Below, one piece after another: positions 60,195 to 64,000 of a DNA stretch of 64,000 nucleotides. Every line of letters begins with the position of its first letter. Within the stretch, counting starts at the first letter, position 1. The position numbers were made by a program, and so were the translations under genes. Under the pieces are notes generated by a model. That model searched no databases. It saw only the letters and a list, made by a program, of their open reading frames with translations, and was not told the origin of the DNA. Source of the DNA: a virus (Duplodnaviria; Caudoviricetes); the IMG/VR virus record IMGVR_UViG_3300043120_000083, positions 37,027-101,026 of that record. One strand, 5' to 3'.

Positions 60195-60257
60195 ATGTGC
60201 TTTAATTTTATTAATTTTAAAGGAACAAATTTCGTTAGAATAAAGGAATTTTAAAAA

Positions 60258-61913
60258 ATGGCGACTGAATTTATATTTGATAATAAAAGAGTAAAGTTAC
60301 CCGGAGCGTATTCAACAATAGTTTCCGGTGAACGTAATACTCCATTAGAACTTGACTACGGTAAAGTTCTTGTAATAGATACAGGTAATTTAGGTGCAAC
60401 TTGGGGCGGTGGAGCTGGAATTGATGGAGAACTTGATTCTGGTCAAGATGCTATCTACAAGTTTGATAACGTAGATGATTACCGTTCTTTCCTTAAAGGT
60501 GGAATGTTTTGGAAAATGGCAGACGCATTTTTCCGTCCTGATCCTGAAGCTGCTGCACTTGGTGCTTCTTCTGTAACTCATGTTAGAGCTGCAACAACCG
60601 CAGCAGCAACAATGACTTTTACAGCAGTTGGAGGGGGTACTAATGGTGGAACTTTTACTATAAAAGTTAGAGACGAAGGTCTTATTGGTAATGGTGAAGA
60701 AACCACAGGAGGAAATCTTAAAAAGGGATATGCTTTCACTATTGAAACAGGTGTGATTGATACAGCTAAATGGATCTTTAAAATCTGGCGTGGCACTTTC
60801 AAAGGGTTGCATACGGATGGACTTCCTTATGATGAAGTTAATGAAGAAGATGCAGAACCCCTATTGGTTGCACAATCACCTGAATTTGATAATATTCAAA
60901 CACTTATTGATTGGGCAAATGAAAATAGAAGTTTCGGGGCAATGTTTAGTCTTGATTCTACTTCTACAGCAACAGGGGATGGCTCTGTTGATTCAACAGA
61001 CGTTGGAGCAATAACAGGTTATGAACTTGCAACAGGAGGTACTGAGACTTATTCTACTACTAATCTTACCGCTGCACTTCAAGATTTAGCAGAAGAGAAT
61101 TTTAGTTTTGTAGTTACAGATCAATACGGAGTAGATGGTTATGATGCTACTGAAAATGGTGCTGTTTTGGCACATATTTTGAATGATGCCAAATTCAAAT
61201 CAAATATGTTCGTAGGTGGTGGAGATAATGAAGATGAATTTGATGGAGCGGACGGTTCATTAGAAATGGGTGCTTATTTCGATAGCCCTTATGTAACAGT
61301 GGTTCACGGAGCAGTTGGTGAAGCAAGTCAGGCAGTAAGTGAAGGATTCAGGTATTGGCCTTCTATCTACACAGCATCAAAAGTTGTGGGTAGAACAGCC
61401 GGAAAAGAACCTCAAGTGCCAATTACTAATAAAACAGTAGGTGTAGATAAGTTGGTTCATAACCTCTCTAAGATTGAGAAGGAGCGTGCTCTTGACGCAG
61501 GAGTATTAGTCCTGTATAACAATAAGTCTTTAAATAGGTTTACAATTCTTCAAGGAGTTAACACTCTCCAAAATAATAAAGTTTTGTTTACAAATACAGG
61601 TAAATCTCACTCTATTCAGTTTATGAGGGTTGTTGAGCAGATTAACAAAGAATTGATTGTTAATTCTGAAATTGATTTGTTGTCAGACGAGAATGGTGTA
61701 AATGTAGGAACTTTATCTCCCGGCATTTTGAAGAATTGGACAGAAAGTTACCTTCAAAGCAGAACGGTTTCTGAACTTGCTGATAATTTGCTTTTAGATT
61801 TCAGAAATGTTACCGTAACGCAACAAGAAGATGCTTACAATGTAACTTATGCTGTTGTTGTTAATAACGAAATAAACAAGATTTTCTTCACAGGATTTCT
61901 GTTTAGATCATAA
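60258..61913 (+). CDS. Tail sheath protein
   Basis: KLPGAYS N-terminus, ILQGVNT, 551 aa, precedes the tube gene. Confidence 0.88.
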   Translation: MATEFIFDNKRVKLPGAYSTIVSGERNTPLELDYGKVLVIDTGNLGATWGGGAGIDGELDSGQDAIYKFDNVDDYRSFLKGGMFWKMADAFFRPDPEAAALGASSVTHVRAATTAAATMTFTAVGGGTNGGTFTIKVRDEGLIGNGEETTGGNLKKGYAFTIETGVIDTAKWIFKIWRGTFKGLHTDGLPYDEVNEEDAEPLLVAQSPEFDNIQTLIDWANENRSFGAMFSLDSTSTATGDGSVDSTDVGAITGYELATGGTETYSTTNLTAALQDLAEENFSFVVTDQYGVDGYDATENGAVLAHILNDAKFKSNMFVGGGDNEDEFDGADGSLEMGAYFDSPYVTVVHGAVGEASQAVSEGFRYWPSIYTASKVVGRTAGKEPQVPITNKTVGVDKLVHNLSKIEKERALDAGVLVLYNNKSLNRFTILQGVNTLQNNKVLFTNTGKSHSIQFMRVVEQINKELIVNSEIDLLSDENGVNVGTLSPGILKNWTESYLQSRTVSELADNLLLDFRNVTVTQQEDAYNVTYAVVVNNEINKIFFTGFLFRS

Positions 61914-61926
61914 AATATAAATATAA

Positions 61927-62409
61927 ATGGCTAATACAGTATTAACAAGCCCAAAGGCTTATATTACAATAAATAATAAACCTGCTGGATATATACGTTC
62001 ATTAACATGTAATGAGAATATACAAAGGGCAGAGGTAAAAGGGTTGGGGAATCTCGTAAATCAAGAGGTTCCCGCAGTCGGACACTCAGGAACATTTAGT
62101 TGTGATTTTTTCTTTATAGACTTTAAACAACCTTATATTAAGGAAATGTTGAATAGAACCGGAGGCGTTCAAGCATTTATTGACACTTTGGTCATGGGAG
62201 AATTTTCTTTCTCTATTGTAGTATATAAGAAAACAGCAACGATTGACCCTGCAACTAAATTAGCAACATCTTCTAATAAAACCGGAGAGACCCTAATTAA
62301 GATTGATAAATGTTTTATAGACAGCCAAAACTTCCAGATTTCTGAAGGTGGAGTTGCTTCCTATAACACATCAGGTAGATTCCTGCAACCAACATCATTA
62401 AATCCGTAA
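61927..62409 (+). CDS. Tail tube protein
   Basis: 160 aa, beta-rich, directly after the sheath gene. Confidence 0.8.
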   Translation: MANTVLTSPKAYITINNKPAGYIRSLTCNENIQRAEVKGLGNLVNQEVPAVGHSGTFSCDFFFIDFKQPYIKEMLNRTGGVQAFIDTLVMGEFSFSIVVYKKTATIDPATKLATSSNKTGETLIKIDKCFIDSQNFQISEGGVASYNTSGRFLQPTSLNP

Positions 62410-62423
62410 TAAATTAAATAAAC

Positions 62424-62765
62424 ATGATTGAGACACTAAATTTTAAAGTTAAGGGTAAAGAATATCCTGTTCAGGTTCCCACAGTAGGGCAGTACTATGA
62501 TATTGAAGCATCAAAACAGGTATTAGGTAAGGGGTTTTACAATTCCATTATTCAATCTAATATGCAAACTGCTTCACATGCTGCTGATATGATAGATATT
62601 GAAGCATTTATGTCTATTTTGGTTCCTGAATTAATGAAGGATTTAAAGTGTAAGAATTTTAAAGAACTTGGGGTTGAAGATTATCTTGAATTAAAAGATG
62701 CTTATGAAGAACAATTTATTCCTTGGTGGGAAAATGTTTTAAAATTGTTCAACCCTAAGAAATAA
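62424..62765 (+). CDS. Tail assembly chaperone
   Basis: Position between tube and tape measure. Confidence 0.6.
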   Translation: MIETLNFKVKGKEYPVQVPTVGQYYDIEASKQVLGKGFYNSIIQSNMQTASHAADMIDIEAFMSILVPELMKDLKCKNFKELGVEDYLELKDAYEEQFIPWWENVLKLFNPKK

Positions 62766-62773
62766 TTTTAAAT

Positions 62774-63064
62774 ATGGACGAAAAAAGTGTCCGTGATAAG
62801 ATTATAGAGTGGAATTTGAATTTCCCTATTGACCGTTGGTGGCGTAAAAAGCACGGTGTTGCATTTAACTCATCTGCTCATAGGGAAATTTCTTTTTTAG
62901 ACCAGTTATTTGAATTTGAAGAAGATAAACTTTTCGATGAACTTCAGGGAGACAATGAATATAAACCTAACGTGGGAGATTGGATAGAAGTTGGTGATGT
63001 TACAGATGAACAATTCATTGAACAGGCTCGTGATGAAATGAATGATTTTCCTGATTTAGAATAA
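62774..63064 (+). CDS. Second tail assembly chaperone-like protein
   Basis: Position, plus WWRKKHGVAFNS motif. Confidence 0.5.
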   Translation: MDEKSVRDKIIEWNLNFPIDRWWRKKHGVAFNSSAHREISFLDQLFEFEEDKLFDELQGDNEYKPNVGDWIEVGDVTDEQFIEQARDEMNDFPDLE

Positions 63065-63067
63065 AAC

Positions 63068-64000
63068 ATGGCACAAGATAAAAGGATAGGTGTTTCAGTA
63101 GATGATAGTGGAGTTAGTAGATTAAGACAATCTGCAAATGATTTAGCACGTGATATGATTCGTTCGTCACGTGCTTACTCTACTTCTTCTAAGGAGGTTT
63201 TAAGAGATATAGAAGAGCAAATTAGGCTGATAGAAAAGCGTAATAAACTTGACGAACAGTCTCAAAGAACTTCTTTAATGCAACAGAAAACTTCTGGTGC
63301 CATTGATGCTTCTCAATATAAACAAGGATTACAACAAGTTTCATCTTCTTCACGTGAAGATAAGTTACAGGTTGAGTTGCTACGTGAATTAATAGATACC
63401 GTAAAGTCAACTGCCAAAGAAGAAATACGTTCAGACAGACAAACTGTTGAGAAAACAATACGTAGGGACAAATCTCTTGACAAATTAGGTATAAGTGGCG
63501 ATCCGGAACAGGCTTTACGTAGAACTATTCAAAGAGGTATTTTAGGTGAAGTAGGTGAAGAAGAGGTTGAGGAAAGAAGAAAATTTAAAGATTTTGGCAG
63601 GGGTGCTGGTTCTGGAGCAAATAGAGCGTTATCTACTGTTGCTGGTTCACAGAATGAATTATATATGGCAGCAGCAGCACTTGCTTTAATTCCGGTTATG
63701 GGGCAAGGGCTTTCTATGGTTGGGAATAGATTTATAAGTTCTGCTGATCAATTAGGGAAAGCAACAGGAAGTTTAGCTGGATTAAGAGGAACGTCTGTAA
63801 CAGAAGAAGCAGGAATTTACACTCCTGAATCAAGACATTTATATGCACCTATGGGGTTAAACCCAGCAGAAGCAGCACAAAAAATGGAATTTTATCAAAG
63901 ACCAGCTGCTTTAAGTCTAAGAGGGAGTGATGCTTTAAATTTAATGGCTGCTGAACGGGTATTTGGGCTTGATGCAGGAAGTTTAAGAGAATTGTCTGGT
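63068..64000 (+). CDS. Tape measure protein, 5' part (runs off window)
   Basis: ATG at 63068 (MAQDKRIGVSVD...), appears open to the window end, helical and Ala/Gly-rich. Confidence 0.7.
   Translation, partial: MAQDKRIGVSVDDSGVSRLRQSANDLARDMIRSSRAYSTSSKEVLRDIEEQIRLIEKRNKLDEQSQRTSLMQQKTSGAIDASQYKQGLQQVSSSSREDKLQVELLRELIDTVKSTAKEEIRSDRQTVEKTIRRDKSLDKLGISGDPEQALRRTIQRGILGEVGEEEVEERRKFKDFGRGAGSGANRALSTVAGSQNELYMAAAALALIPVMGQGLSMVGNRFISSADQLGKATGSLAGLRGTSVTEEAGIYTPESRHLYAPMGLNPAEAAQKMEFYQRPAALSLRGSDALNLMAAERVFGLDAGSLRELSG

Noticed and set aside
62740-62790. Programmed frameshift between tail chaperones
   Set aside because: No clear slippery heptamer, and the second ORF has its own ATG.
3330-63458. 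Minus-strand and nested ORFs in the ORF track
   Set aside because: They overlap well-supported + strand genes and look like antisense shadows without motifs.

Overview
A 64-kb segment of a large, AT-rich, contractile-tailed dsDNA phage. The head-tail gene order resembles SPO1/Twort-type myoviruses. The host is probably a Bacteroidota species, judged from TAnnTTTG promoters and A-rich leaders without Shine-Dalgarno sites. Nearly all genes are on the + strand. 1-27 kb holds replication, recombination and nucleotide genes: DnaE, a short beta-clamp-like protein, SSB, SbcCD-like nuclease, RecA, RuvC-like resolvase, NAD ligase, two helicases, RNase H and a class II ribonucleotide reductase split by a 174-nt group I intron. 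27-42 kb holds small accessory genes, a tRNA-like RNA with a ~164-nt insertion and an iteron-like array. 42-64 kb holds virion genes, from a portal with a mini-intein through protease, capsid, neck, sheath and tube to the start of the tape measure. The main finding is an integron-like cassette system at ~18.0-21.9 kb. An IntI-related tyrosine recombinase lacking the IntI-specific insertion has an attI-like site at its 5' end and an array of five complete attC-like hairpins plus one half-site. The cassette bodies have self-complementary ends. The cassette genes point towards the integrase, and some start inside the hairpin loops. A sixth hairpin with its cassette and a second attI-like end lies 18 kb away at ~39.1-39.4 kb. 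All calls come from reading the sequence by eye. No database searches or folding programs were run.
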